A stretch of 64,000 bases of DNA from Octopus sinensis (GCF_006345805.1 NC_043002.1:71672001-71736000), one strand, 5' to 3'; shown: positions 25,351 through 39,360, counted from the stretch's first letter. Notes: generated by a model not told the origin, from the letters alone. Made by a program: numbers and translations.

Positions 25351-25945
25351 ACATATATATATACCTTGGTTTCATGAAGGTACCCAGGAATTTGTACATA
25401 GCAACTTTAAATCTAATTTCTGAAATCAAAGGTAAGATGGCGACATGCTACATCAAATGCATGGCGTAACTTCCCAGGATAACAGCGACTTTGTTGATCA
25501 TTTTACAGTAGGTCTTTCGTTTTTTTCATTATAGTTTACATTGCTTTTAATAATTCATTGAAGAAATGCGGAATACATATTCCATAGAAAAGATATTGGT
25601 GCAACTTAAATGTGTTTCAGTCTATAGTTTTATTCATTTGTTCTACTAGATTTTCTCATTAGATTATGTGCAGCCTTCAGTTGAATTGAATTTTGAGATC
25701 TCTGATAGTTAATATAGATTCTATTCATGCCATTTAACTCCATTAAACTTTACACTGCAATATGATGTTAATGGGAAAATTAAATTATAAAAGATAATTT
25801 GTCGTGTTTGACTTTCAAATTGATTTGCACTTGATCTACTTTGAACTTGAGTGTCTTACTTATTTCCTCTAATGATCTTTTCTTATCGTTTAGTTGTCTC
25901 CGTGATAGGATTGCAGCTATACAGGGGCAAACTCAAATACAAGCA

Positions 25946-26018
25946 CATACATACATACATACATACATACATACATACATACATACATACATACATACAT
26001 ACATACATACATACATAC
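25946..26018. repeat. (CATA)n microsatellite on the 5' flank of the R4-like element
   Basis: Directly visible. Confidence 0.95.
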
Positions 26019-26029
26019 ACGCTCACATG

Positions 26030-27597
26030 TTATAGAGTTGGAGTTTGGTCAGGATAAATGGATAAATCTTGCTATATGATAGTGAAAAGAGCGAAACTGT
26101 AAACCAGACTAGCAACATCTACATCAAGACTTAACTGTTTCCCCTATATCTGATGAGGAACGCTACAGGTATCTAGAGGTAAATGAAAACATATCTTAGA
26201 ATGGCTCCTGTAACAAAATCTGTGCCACTAAAGAATATTGCAGCCGAACAAAGAAAATTTGCATCTCGGACCTCTCTGAATTCAATAAATTAGTGACTCA
26301 CAATATCTTTGCAGTGTCAGTGCTCATACCAGCATTTGGGCTGATTAACTGGACGCTTGATGAGATCCGAGTCATCGATACGGAAACCAGGTAGATACTA
26401 ACAAGAACACATAATTTCCCTATCAACAGTGACGTAGATCGCCTCTATATAAAACGAAAACAGGGCGGCGGAGGCTTAACATCGATCAAAACTGCTTTTG
26501 AATGTCATATCATATTGCTTTGGCAACATCTTTTAACCACCAAGTGTTAAAGTGCGTCGTTTGACCAAGTTTACATACATGAGGCTGATAACAGCATGAG
26601 ACTTAGATGGCAGCTCCTTAATGAACATTCCTTGCCTGATAACCTCAAATACATGAACAAAGGAGTCGTACGACTCTGTCGCAATATATCATCAGATGAA
26701 AGGATGAGCCTATATGAGCAGAAGATTATGCATAGCTATGTTAGTAGAAAGCTCCGAGATTATTGCAACATCGATTATCAGAGCAGTCTATCATGGACCA
26801 GTAGCCGTATTACTATCTCACACTTTGTAGGATATGCGTTTGCAATCCAGGAACAAATTATTGACCAAATACCTGATGCGCAAAAGACATAGAGATGCAC
26901 GAAAAGCAGTAAAATGCGATAACTGATATAGACTTTGTGGAGTTAACACCGACGATATCACCTACATTATAAGCAGTAGTCTGAAAATGTCATCACGATA
27001 TTATCCACCGATGCGACATGGTATTGTAGCAAGGAAATCTATAATGAAATCCGTCAGAAGGATAACCGCAAGAACAAAGAAATAGAAACCCACAGTATGA
27101 TAGAAGCCATAGCTACTTATAATAAAAAGGAATACTGGTGCAATGTCCCAGTGAAAAGCTTAATAAAATGTAAGCACAGCAGACCTGATATAATGATTTG
27201 GGATAGAGAAGATAAGCTGTGTACAGTTGTGGAAATCAGCTGCCCAGTGGATGTTAACGTAAATCTGAAAGTCGGTGAAAAAGAGAATACCTACGCTGAA
27301 CTATTGATAAATCTCCAGTTACTCTATCCAGATTACTAGTTCAGGTTTATACCTGTAATTACTGGGGCACTGGGATATGTTACACACTGACTAAATACCA
27401 ATCTTGAGAAATTAAGCTTCTCAAAACCAGAACGGATGAAGTTGATTCGAAGACTATAGATGCAAGCTATGACTGGAGCTGTAAAAAATCTGTAAAACTT
27501 ATCAGAAGTTTCTCATTTACGTTTGTGAACATGTCTACATATGCAGGTATATGCATGAGAAGACATACATAATGCAAAACATACAAATCTGCACGTA
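26030..27597 (+). mobile_element. 5'-truncated decayed R4/Dong-like non-LTR retrotransposon (RT end, CCHC, restriction-like endonuclease)
   Basis: LEFGQDK; YRYL; EY..RTKKI..S.L..FNK..HNIFAV.VL...FG.I.W; SDVDRLYIKRKQGGGGL; AIQEQ; RH.IVA; YWCNVPVK..KHSRPDIMIWD..CTVVEISCPVDVN..EKENTY.EL..NLQLLYPDY; ICKT. Multiple stops and frameshifts. Confidence 0.88.
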
Positions 27598-27672
27598 TAC
27601 ATACAAACATACATACATACATACATACATACATACATACATACATACATACATACATACATACATACATAC
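27598..27672. repeat. (CATA)n microsatellite on the 3' flank of the R4-like element
   Basis: Directly visible. Confidence 0.95.
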
Positions 27673-27769
27673 AAAAATACCCTGTTGCTGATGTTGAAAT
27701 TGCAACAAATTGGATCTACATTAGACACTGGCTCTTTTTCTATTAGCAAGAAATAAAACTGAATGATGT

Positions 27770-27978
27770 TACAAACACACACACACACACACACATATAC
27801 ACGCACGTACATAGATGCACACAGGCGACTAAAACAGATTTCCACATGGGTTTCGTCCGCCAAAGTCACTCACAAGGCATTGGTTGGTCCGAAGATATAG
27901 CAGAAGACATTTCACCAATGATGTGAAACGTGGTGAACCAGAAACCATGTGGTTGCAAAGCAAGATTCTTTACCACAC
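27770..27978 (-). mobile_element. SINE family B, 5' part, degenerate
   Basis: 'gaaaccatgtggttgcaaagcaagattctttaccacacaacc' and upstream sequence match the family B head and core. Confidence 0.7.
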
Positions 27979-28049
27979 AACCATCTTTCAACTTAACTAC
28001 GAAATAAACTTCGCGGTTATCTCAAAACGGGTTGTTGTTGTTCATTCAG

Positions 28050-28900
28050 CTGAAATGGGACCACCTTGAGTAGACTTCAAACGAAGGATATTCCATGCTT
28101 GAATATTTGTTTTCTTTTTGAAACATCAGAATCCATTATCCCTTGTATTTCTTTTATTTTCAGAGGGCGAGATTTTAATTCTAAGGTGATTTGGCTTCTG
28201 TATCTAGCAGGCAGAGTGACGACGTATAGGCTTTCTCTTAAATTAAACTTCAAATCTGTTGGTTCATAGGGTGTATTTCCAAACTAGCAATACCATTTAT
28301 TTAAGCCATCTCTAGTGCATATTGCATATTTAATACCCGGTTTCCAAAAGTCTGACTTTTGTTTCCATCCTGTTTGATGCTACATATTTCATAATAATGG
28401 AAACTACTCACTTATAAATCTTTCAATTACTTTTAGTAATTGATTTCACTTTAAGTTCCAGGTATTAATGTAATCATTCTTTGGTCTCTGAGAGTGAGAA
28501 TTTGCAAAGTTTTCGTCTGTGCATTTTCAAAAAATCAATTTCTCCAAACGGCTAAGTATTTCGCCTACTGTGTGTAGGACGTTTCACTTGTGTTTATAAT
28601 TCTACGCTTTATCAGCTGTACATTCTGAAAACTGTTAATAGGTAGATGCAATAGAATATACTTTCAATTGTTTCCCCTAGCAATTCTCTATTTAATGGAC
28701 CAAAATGTTATTCGACACTTTCCTTAGCTGAAACTTTCCATACCATTGTAAACAGAGTCTTCGATATAGCGCCAGCTATATTTTGCAACAAATTTACAAT
28801 GACAGGAGCTACACTCTTTCCAACTACTTCAGTTCGATAGGTATTACTAACAGCTTGATCAACTTTCGTTCTATATTGTGAAATTCGCATTAGTTTTATT
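28050..28900 (-). mobile_element. Possible degraded Mutator-like (MULE) transposase remnant
   Basis: VVGKSV..VIVNLLQNIAGAISK..TMVWKV resembles the MULE motif G.G.L...I..LQNYYG.AIR. Further downstream 'QLLK...E.F..L*NM' is weakly like LL.KC..TQN.NES..IW. Very decayed. Confidence 0.3.
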
Positions 28901-29559
28901 TTGCAGCATTGCCAAATTGGAAAGTTTTGAAATGGTTGAGCACTAAATGGAAAATATTTAATTTCAAATGCACATTACACCATCACAGACATTTCTTGTC
29001 ACCATTGACGTTTCTTAATCCTTTCCACTATTAGCTCTGTGTTTCAGACATTTGTAACTGCTAAAAAAAGATACTTTTTTCTTAGATAACTATACTCTAT
29101 GTTAACGTAAATAATGTTAACATGATGATTGGTGCATACAAAACTGCTGACAAGTGTTTTTCTACAATAAAATATTTTGAATGTTGAAGTTTTAGGTTGT
29201 ATGACAGGTTGCCGTAAATGTATTATAATTATTCAACATCTACAATATTTATGTAGCTGTTTCTATATAAAATATCTTTCTTACTTTTGAACACTCCATA
29301 AATTTATATTAGTTTATTATTATTGATATAAAATCGTGAAAGTTTTACCGTATTTAGTTATGTTCCCGTTCAAAAATCTGCAGTGAATATTTTTGCATTT
29401 ATTTCATACCAGGCGTCGATAAAATCAAACAACTAATGAAATACTTATATATTATGCACGCTCTGGGACATTATTAATTAATATTTCCTATCGTAATCTA
29501 CCTTAGTTACGAATTGTTATTATTCATATTACCAAAAGTTCAACAAGTTGGCGAAATCG

Positions 29560-29960
29560 TTACCGAGCCAAAGAAAATGCTTAACGGCATTTCTTCTGGC
29601 CTTTTACGATCTGTGTTCAAATGCCACTTAGATCGACTTTGCTTTTCAACCTTTCAGGGTCAACAAACGAAGTCGGTGTAATCGATTGTACCCTTCATTC
29701 AAAATTGCTGGCCGTGTGCCAACAATTAGAAGGATTTTTTTGCTATTATTGATAAGGCGGTGTGTTGGCAGAATCGTTCGCACTCCAAACAAAATGTTAA
29801 GCGACATGTCTTCCGTCTTACTGAAATTCTACCTAAATCGAATTCGCTTTCATCTTCTGGGACTCGATAAAATCTGTACCAAAGGAACACTTGGGTCGGT
29901 GTAATCAGTTAATCCATCACCCTGAAAACCGTTGGCCTTTTACCCGAATTGCAAAGCAAA
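29560..29960 (+). mobile_element. Two degenerate SINE family A copies
   Basis: Heads 'gttggcgaaatcgttacc' and 'ggcggtgtgttggcagaatcgttcgcac'; B-box-like 'gttcaaatgcc'. Confidence 0.65.
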
Positions 29961-30089
29961 TGACGTATTTTAACGATGTCTTGAGAGTCGGATTTGTAAC
30001 GATGTTCTCTATTATTGTTTTTTAATTTCATTACATTGTAATCAAGGTATTTAAATTTTTAGAAATATTCTTCAATACATGGTGTAGTT

Positions 30090-30375
30090 GGAGGCGCAAT
30101 GGCCCAGTGGTTAGGGCAGCGGACTCGCGGTTGGAGGATCGCGGTTTCGATTCCCAGACTGGGCGTTGTGTGTGTTTATTGAGCGAAAACACCTAAAGCT
30201 CCACGAGGCCCCAACTTTCTCTCACTCTTTCTTCCTATTTCTTGAGTAACGCTGCGATGGACTGGCGTTCCGTCCAGCTGGGTGGGGGACAAACACACGC
30301 CATAGAAACCGGGAAACGGGGCCCATGAGCTTGGCTAGCTTGAAAAGGGCGCATAAATAAAAAAAATAAATAAAT
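30090..30375 (+). mobile_element. tRNA-derived SINE family C with an 11-bp TSD
   Basis: Head 'ggaggcgcaatggcccagtggttagggcagcggactcgcgg..ggtttcgattcccag'. TSD atggtgtagtt at 30079-30089 and 30376-30386; A-rich tail. Confidence 0.9.
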
Positions 30376-31771
30376 ATGGTGTAGTTGAAAGTTTTGTGCT
30401 TTAGCCATGTATCATTTTCTACAAAAGTGTGTTTGTTTACTAGTAAGACATCTGACATAGTAGCGTGAAAGAAATTGCTGAAGACGCTGCTAAAGAACTA
30501 ACAGAAAAAAGCAAACTGGTGAAACATCAGCACAAGTTTAAAAGAAACAAGTAGTAAAAAAAAGACTATCATTAAACAAGTAGACAAAGGAAACTTTTAA
30601 ATTTGATAAAGAGTGATAATATTAATAATGTTGATAGCAATAATTGAAGTTTTGTCAGTACTACCATGATGATATACAAGATTTACGTGTGACCACCTGC
30701 AGGAAAAGAACACGGGAAAGCTATATTACAATGAGCAGGGTTTCTTTGCTTTGGAGGTGATCGGAAAACTGGCAAGGAAGAGCGTAACATGCTTGTATTT
30801 TCCTGGAAATGAAAGAGTTTTTCAGGGAGCCTTAAAGTAGAATTTGTAAAATCACTGAAAAAGCGTAAATCGATTTGATATTTATTGAATGGATTGAGGC
30901 ATAAGGATATGATGTGCTTGGTCTTTTAATCTTTAATGCTGAGTATGTGACAAGACGAAGAACACTGCTGGTGTGGCACACAAATTTTTACAGGCTGATG
31001 CAGCTATATTTTGTTTTTGGTGTATAGGCTATATTTTCGCCGTTCGGTAACAGCAAATTGGGGGGGGGGGGAGGCAGTTTGGGCACGCAATGGTATAGTA
31101 GTAGAAACGCGATCAACTTCACCCTTAGGCTGCAGGGACGCAGTGTACTCGCGAATACATTCCTAATCTAGAATTCCCACGCGAATATATTTGTACAATG
31201 TTTATATTTTCAATTTGTATTACACTCATTTCTCGGAAACAATATTACCTTAATATCCCATTCTTCGTTCATTAAATGTCCCTCATTAGTATAAAACAAT
31301 TTGGTTCTGAATGCAGTTCGTCCCAGTATGTTTTCATGCTTTCAACTTTATAGCAATTAACAATATCATTATTGTACTCATGACTAAATATATATACACA
31401 TATATTTTATAATTATACCTTTTTCTATAACTACAATTAAAGAACGTTTGTATTTCTTGATGTTTTGGTACGATTCTTTTATAGTATCGCTGTTGTTGTG
31501 TCCAACTATGTTGATTGTTATAAATTTTGCAAAGGGAATTCATGTTTCAGAAAATATACCTTACGATTTTGAATACAAAACTTTTACAGTAAATATCAGA
31601 AGAGCAGCCAGCTTTATAAAAAGGGAGAAATCTGAGGGGTCAACCTTGAGAAAGGTATTCATCTCACATTCAATGAATGATGAATAGTTTTCCGCTTCAA
31701 ATATTTCACTGCTCTCGTCGAGTGTTTTATCATATGCATTTACATATACGTGTGTGTTTGTGTGTGTGTGT

Positions 31772-31802
<31 letters not shown>

Positions 31803-33455
31803 TGTGTGTATGAGTGTGTGTGTGTGTGTGTGTGTGTGTCAGCTTAAATAAATGGGAAAATAAACTCAGTCATCAGTGCTCTGTTTCTTTTTATTTCTAT
31901 TGTACAGAAAGTTAGAATACTGAGTCACGGGCCGAAAGCTTTGTTCATAGCTTATAAAAAATACTATATCCCAAACTCTCGATTTAAAAGAAAAAGTACA
32001 TCTGTATACACACACACATACATACACACATACAACACACACACATACATGCATACATACATACATACATACATACATACATACATACATACATACATAC
32101 ATACATACATACACATATATACGTACATATATATAGATGGGCACTCTATACGATCTTTTCACTCATTCGTTTTTCTCTCTTTTTCTCTCTCTTATTCTCT
32201 TACCTCTTCCTCTACTATTCTATACTATTACTCTGTCACTCTCTCCCTCATTCCTTTTCCCATGCTTACGTGGCTCCCACGTGGCCATCGGTCATCTTTC
32301 TTTCTTTCTCTCCGTTGTAGCTGGAACAAGGAATACGTGTTCTTGTTTGTCTCCCGTCCTAGCTTGATTTACGCGTTCGCCACCACAGCCTCGTTTAGGC
32401 TTAGCAGCCCTTCCTGTCTTGTTTTTATTACCTATTTTCCCCCTCCGCAAAATCCCAAATTTTATTTGATTTCCTTTGCGGGAGCAACTGTTTTATCGAA
32501 AGCGTATATTGTTGTTATATACTCGAAATACGAGACTAGAAAAACAGCCAACAACTGATGAAGGGTCGTTGTTTGTGTTTGTTTTGTTTTGTTTTACATT
32601 CGTTGTTGGAAAGAATAGTTTATGTTCCACGTATTCGAGCTTCGTACTTTTTTGTCGTACACGTTTCGTGACGTCTTGTGCCCCACATATGCATATGCAT
32701 ATATATATTATATACGTATAGATGTAAGTATGTAAATATACGTATGTATATATGCATTTATACACATATTATTTATATTATTTTATGATTGAACGCCACG
32801 CACATTCTTCCAAATATATATATGTATGTGGCTGTGCGTATGTGTATGTGTGTGTGTGGGGGGGGTATATATATATGTATGAGATTTCGTCTGTTTGGTT
32901 TTTCTCATTTGTCCTCTTGTTTGTTTGATTTCCCGTATTGTATTCCCTCTTTACTTCTCGTCTTGTATTTGTTTGTACATGTATTTTTATCTTGTATTTT
33001 ATTGTGCAGTTTTATTTTTACATCCTGTTTGTGTTCTTACCCGTTTTACCCCGCTGCTTGGAATTTTATTTTAATTCTCTCGCAGGAAGGCCTAGTTAAC
33101 GAGTGTCCTGTCTTGCCTTCGAAACACGCCTGAGTTAACTAGCGACAGCTGATGACGGTGGATTTTTCTTTGTGTAGCATGTCCTGTATTTGTTTTCTTG
33201 TAAAAAATTTTTGGATTTTTCCTTGTGTAGTCTGTCCTGTACTTGTCGTAAATTTTTTGTTTTTCCCGTTTCTACGTCTTGTTGTGGCGTCCTGTAACTA
33301 CGTATATTTATTTATATGTGCATGTATATATACATGTAGATGTAGGTACATATATGTTTGTATGTATGCATATATTTTTATTTATCACATTATTGTCTGA
33401 CAGCGCCTCGCGTCAGGTTCGTTTCGATTTGTCGGTTCGTTCCACTTCTCTCCAC

Positions 33456-33555
<100 letters not shown>

Positions 33556-34149
33556 GTGTGTGAGTGTTTGCCTATGGACAAATGTATATGCGTACGCCTC
33601 TTTAGTATTTGCGTCGACCATATTTCACGAACTAAGAATGCAAGATCCAGTTCCGCAGCTTAGAATCGAACATGAAAATATATAGTTGTAAAATAACCTT
33701 CTTAATCATGTTGAAATTCGTACAACCATAATCTCAAACATAAAGAAAGACACATCTGTTTGTGTTTAACTTTTTGTTCGTATCTTACCAACTTATATAG
33801 TTTAAGGAAATAGATTTCTTAATTCGATACAAAATCGCATGCGTTCTCAAACATTCTCAACTCTATACAACAATCCACTTACTGTTCAGAAATTAGATGA
33901 TATTATATCTTAAATAGATCACCAGATGAGGACAAGGTTTATCTAAAGCAAGAAAGAAAAAAGAGTACCGATAATTACAAAACCAATAAAATTAATCTAG
34001 ATTTATCACTTGGTTGAAATAATTCAATTTTCGTCGCAGGCCCATCTACAACAGAAATACCAAACAAAAAAACAATACTACATTTTATTTGACTATCTCT
34101 CCGTCTCCACAGCCTCGTTTTACTTATTGTCTAGAAGAACATCTACCAT

Positions 34150-34340
34150 CGATTATACTAGTGTATGTATATATATATATGTAATATATATATACATATG
34201 TGTGTGTATGTGTATATATATACATATATATATATATATATTATATATATTATAATGTAATAATATATACATATGTGTGTATGTATATATATATATATAT
34301 GATATAGAATGTAATATATACATATGTGTGTGTATGTATG

Positions 34341-34371
<31 letters not shown>

Positions 34372-34500
34372 CATATATAATATATATAATGTAATATATA
34401 TACATATGTGTGTGCATATGTATATAATATATACATATGTATATATATATATACATGTGGTGTGTATGTATATATATATAACATGTATATATATATATAA
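34150..34500. repeat. Degenerate (TA)n/(TATG)n microsatellite
   Basis: Directly visible. Confidence 0.9.
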
Positions 34501-34627
34501 CAATTAATTTTTTAAATGTCTTGCTTTGAAAAAATTGCATTGGGTAGGATTAGTAAAATTTTTGGTAGAAATGACTAATGTCCCTCGTAGCGTGTGGTAT
34601 GTATGTATAATAATGCCCTCTATATAT

Positions 34628-34675
<48 letters not shown>

Positions 34676-34714
34676 GTATACACACATGTATATATATATG
34701 TATGTGTGTTTTCT

Positions 34715-35060
34715 TTTATTTTAATTGTTTCAGTTATTTGACTGCAGGCCATGCTGAAGTATCGCATTTAATCGAGCAAATCGACACCAGGACTTATTCT
34801 TTCTTAGCATAGTACTGTTTAGCCGAACCGCTAGGTTACGGGGACGTAAATATACAAGCATTGGTTGTCAAGCGATGTTGCAGAGGCAAACACAGTCACA
34901 CAAACACACATACACAAATATATACAAATATGTACGACAGGTTTCTTTCCGCGCAAATCTATAATGGAAGAAACTTGCCGAAGGTGCCACTCAGTGGAAC
35001 TGAAGTCAGATCCATGTGGTTGGTAATCAAGCTACTTACCACACAGCCACACTTGCACCT
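34715..35060 (-). mobile_element. SINE family B (tRNA head, CORE-like domain), degenerate
   Basis: Matches the 37237-37698 and 47971-48400 copies. Confidence 0.75.
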
Positions 35061-35063
35061 ATC

Positions 35064-35123
<60 letters not shown>

Positions 35124-35229
35124 ATCTATCTATGTATATATATGTATATATATATATTATATATATATATATATATGCATGTATATATATGTATGTATAT
35201 ATTATATGTATGTGTATATATGTATATAT

Positions 35230-35281
<52 letters not shown>

Positions 35282-35363
35282 CATATATACACATACATAT
35301 ATGTATATACATGTATATATATATATGTATGTATATATATGCATGTATATTTGTATCAATATG

Positions 35364-35397
<34 letters not shown>

Positions 35398-35470
35398 TAA
35401 TATATATATATATATATTATATATATATATATTATATAGATATATATATATATATACAATAAGTATATAT
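35060..35470. repeat. Long degenerate (TA)n/(TG)n microsatellite
   Basis: Directly visible. Confidence 0.9.
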
Positions 35471-36077
35471 ATAAGTTCAGCAAAATTTAGATTGAGATGA
35501 ATATGGTACTTAAGTTAAAGGCACCAGAATTTTGTATGGATTATCCATATAATTCAAATGGGGTGATTACAGAGTTTAATAAAATGAAGTAGCATGAAAC
35601 AATTGTACTACTCTATCTGGATATCCTTGTTGCTTATTTTGATATATAATATATATAATATATATATATATAATATATATATATATATATACATACATAT
35701 CTACATATATATATAAATATACATATATGTATACATACACACATGCGCACACGCGCACCATCACGCATACGCTTTCTCACACAGATGTATCAGCTAACAA
35801 ATTACTTAACGTTCATTTTAGATTTAACCCTTTAGAAATAATTAAGGAAGAAAGTCAGATTAACCGTTGAACAAAGGAAACTTTTCCAGAAGAGTCACTG
35901 AAGACACTGTCGAAGTCGTGATTATAAGGAAGTTCCCAAACGATTCACATACGCGACGTACACCACTCGAAGTGAAGATAAATATGAAGCAAATGGAAAT
36001 TTTCAGAATATCCATGGAAAGGTAAAAAAAACTTCAGTTAGACCGCGGACATCGACAAGGCTCACTAAACAAGAATA

Positions 36078-36490
36078 CGAACTGGCAGAAACGTTAGCAC
36101 GCCGGGCGAAATGCTTTGCGGTATTTCGTTGGCCGTTACGTTCTGAGTTCAAATTTCGCTGAGGTCGACTTTGCCTTTCATCCTTTCGGTGTCGATAAAT
36201 TAAGTACCAGTTACGCACTGGGGTCGATATAATCGACTCAATCCGTCTGTCTGTCCTTGTTTGTCTCCTCTGTTTTTAGCCCCTTGTGGGTAGTAAAGAA
36301 ATAGGTATTTCTTCTGCCGTTACGTTCTGAGTTCAAATTCCGCCGAGGTCGACTTTGCCTTTCATCCTTTTGGGGTCGATAAATTAACTACAAGTTGCAC
36401 ACTGGGGTCGATGTAATCGATTTAATGCCTTTGTCTGTCCTTGTTTGTTCCCTCTATGTTTAGTCCCTTTATGAGCAATAAAGAAATAAG
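36078..36490 (+). mobile_element. Two tandem SINE family A long-tail copies
   Basis: Two 'gttctgagttcaaatt.cgc.gaggtcgactttgcctttcatcc' cores, each ending in the 'tgtctgtccttgtttgt..ctct.tgttt.g.ccct....a.taaagaaata' tail. Confidence 0.9.
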
Positions 36491-37236
36491 AATGTGTAAA
36501 AGAAATCTATTGACAGCTTTCAAGAAAATTCGCTTGGAAAGCAAATGTGGAAAACAAGCATCCATTGACTTCTGAAGCGCTTTCATTGACAATGTTACAT
36601 TCTAGGAATAGTTATCAACGACTTGATATACACCGAAATGTAAATGATTTGCGAGTGGCACTTGACAAGACGTATAGAAGATACACACGTTCCGACAATA
36701 ATTTTATAGGTAATTAAATTAAATGGTTTTATTAACTGCTATAACTGCACATACTGGGAAGAAATCCTGTATATGGCGAAGAAACATCATATTAATTTAA
36801 CAAGAGTTGCCGCATGGTACAGCTTATTATAATGGAGTTACACAAAGCATAAAGTTAACGTTACAAAACTGGCAACAGTCCACGAATTGAAGATGGCCAT
36901 TAAACGAGAATATACACACATATTGAAATAGTTGATTCTTGATGTTTGTGATTCCATGACTTCGAGTTATCACTAGTATCTTAATGGGAACGGTCATCAA
37001 TTTGATAAAAATGATGCTCATTAAAAAATTAATTCTGTCTATAGATTCCGTTACATTTTAGAATGAAATGGAATTTCATAAACAATGATTTTATAGTAAT
37101 TCAATATGTGTATATATTCATTGTGACACCCTGCGCAGAGAGTGTAAGAAAGAGTGTGATAAATGATAAATAGTGTGTATATATAGATTGTGTTTTCATG
37201 TTTGGTTTCACTTTACAATATGTGTATGTATACACG

Positions 37237-37453
37237 CTCTTTTATTCTTTTACTCTTTTACTTGTTTCAGTCATTTGACTGCGGCCATGCTGGAGCACTA
37301 CCTTTAGTCGAGCAAATCGACCCCAGTACTTATTCTTTGTAAGCCTAGTACTTATGTTATCGGCCTCTTTTGCCGATCCGCTAAGTTACGGGGATGCAAC
37401 ACACCAGCATCGGTTGTCAGTGATGTTGGGGGAACAAACACAGACACATAAAC

Positions 37454-37528
<75 letters not shown>

Positions 37529-37698
37529 CATATATACGACGGAGTTCTTTCAGTTTCCGTCTACCAAATCCACTCAAAAGGCTTTTGTCAGCCCGAGGCT
37601 ATAGTACAAGACACTTGCCTAAGGTGCCACGCAGTGGGACTGAACCCAGAACCATGTGGTTCGTAAGCAAGCTACTTACCACAGCGCCACTCCTGCAC
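37237..37698 (-). mobile_element. SINE family B, near full length, with internal (CA)n(TA)n
   Basis: Minus-strand head 'ggtgcaggagtggcgctgtggtaagtagcttgcttacgaaccacatggttctgggttcagtcccactgcgtggcaccttaggcaagtgtctt'; tail (gagtaaaa)n. Confidence 0.9.
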
Positions 37699-38125
37699 CA
37701 TACACATTTTTTTATATATATACTAACGCAAGCACACACACTCGCACACACACTTGCATACACACACACACACACACACACACATGCACGTACGCACGTA
37801 CATGTATGTATGTATGTATGTGTATGTATGTGTATGTATGTATGTATGTATGTACACGTATATATATGTGGAATTTAATAAATGACACAGCAACAGAAGT
37901 TACATAACCATCTTCATTAGCTTATAACTGTTTCTGAAATACGATGTAACGTATATTGACTTGTGTCACCAGATTATTAATATCACTCTGCCTAGGCGAA
38001 ATCAATATGTGTGGGGCGAGGTGCGTGTGTGTGTGCGCGCGCGTGTGTATGTGTGTTTCTGTGAGCATGTGGGTGCGCGCTTGTGTGTATATATGAAAGC
38101 ACATCTGTGTACGAATACATACGAA

Positions 38126-38158
<33 letters not shown>

Positions 38159-38299
38159 TTATTAGGAGCTGCCACTTCAAAACGTTATATTGCTTTCAAA
38201 TTTGCTATCCCTCGGTGACAGTTACTAATTTAGGCTGGGGAAGTCGACATCATTGTAGAATACCACATTCAAAAACGCGTTTGTAAACGGCACTTCTAC

Positions 38300-38800
38300 A
38301 CCTGCATCTCAAATAATGAGGCAGCCGCAGCTTTTGCCAGGATGGGAAAAATTCTTCGCCATACCAATTAAAAAATAATAACAGATATAGTTATCTAGTG
38401 TGACGGAAGTAAGAGAGCAAAGCTTGTTCAGATATTGGGTTTCCATGAGATTAACATCGATGCTGATCCCACTCGGAAGGATAGCCGCTTTGGACTTCTT
38501 GAGGAATGTGTGGATACTTGGTGGGAATTATCCCGACGAATTTTGGGAAACGGTTTATTGGAAGCAATAGGTATCGATGTTTAGTGTAGCAGGAACTAAA
38601 TCAGGATAAAACTAATACCATTACGAAAGGTATCGACGGCAGTTGGGAAGGCAAGTCAGAGGACTTGGGCGAAGCGAGATACGTAACAAGAACAACGATC
38701 CAAGGCTGGCACCTAAAAGTTGGCCTATTTGGAAAGACTTCATATAAGGTATGAGGACTGGTGTGCAAAAAGACTGCCGAAACGGTGCGCATTTTGTCCT
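38300..38800 (-). mobile_element. Degraded CR1/L2-type APE-end/linker remnant (tentative)
   Basis: GQNAH..(L)FL.TSPH.Y resembles PD..G..A..LDLFLT..P. Further downstream MAKNFS resembles FW.LAKN. Frameshifted. Confidence 0.35.
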
Positions 38801-38801
38801 C

Positions 38802-38804
<3 letters not shown>

Positions 38805-38873
<69 letters not shown>

Positions 38874-38986
38874 ATATATATATAATATATATATATATAT
38901 CATATATATATATATATACATACATACATACATATATACATATATATTATATACATACATACATATATACATACATGCATACGTAC

Positions 38987-39027
<41 letters not shown>

Positions 39028-39258
39028 TCTCACTTACATATATACATCCCATACCCTGCTAGTATCGGGCACGCGCGGATATAAATGGCTGGCACTTGTT
39101 TGCAAATAAATTATTGTACGTATATATTTATGGAGATATGCATACATATATACATATTTATGTGTATATGTGTGTGTGTATCTATGTATGCATGTATGTA
39201 CGAATGCATACTTATATCTATTGCCTATATGTACACATACACATGTATGTAAGCAATA

Positions 39259-39300
<42 letters not shown>

Positions 39301-39315
39301 TGTGTGTGTGTGTGT

Positions 39316-39346
<31 letters not shown>

Positions 39347-39360
39347 GCATTATGCATATG
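38805..39360. repeat. Compound (TA)n/(CA)n/(TACA)n microsatellite region
   Basis: Directly visible. Confidence 0.9.

Noticed and set aside
30090-30165. tRNA gene (Arg-like head)
   Set aside because: It continues into a SINE body, is TSD-flanked, occurs in several diverged copies and lacks a proper cloverleaf.
35860-36025. Possible plus-strand exon ending GAAAG|GTAAAA
   Set aside because: Two different frames are open, the acceptor is ambiguous and there is no recognisable homology.
38399-38582. Plus-strand frame ..EINIDADPTRKDSRFGLLEECVDTWW..
   Set aside because: It is better explained as the antisense of a decayed CR1/L2 remnant; it has no start or splice support.
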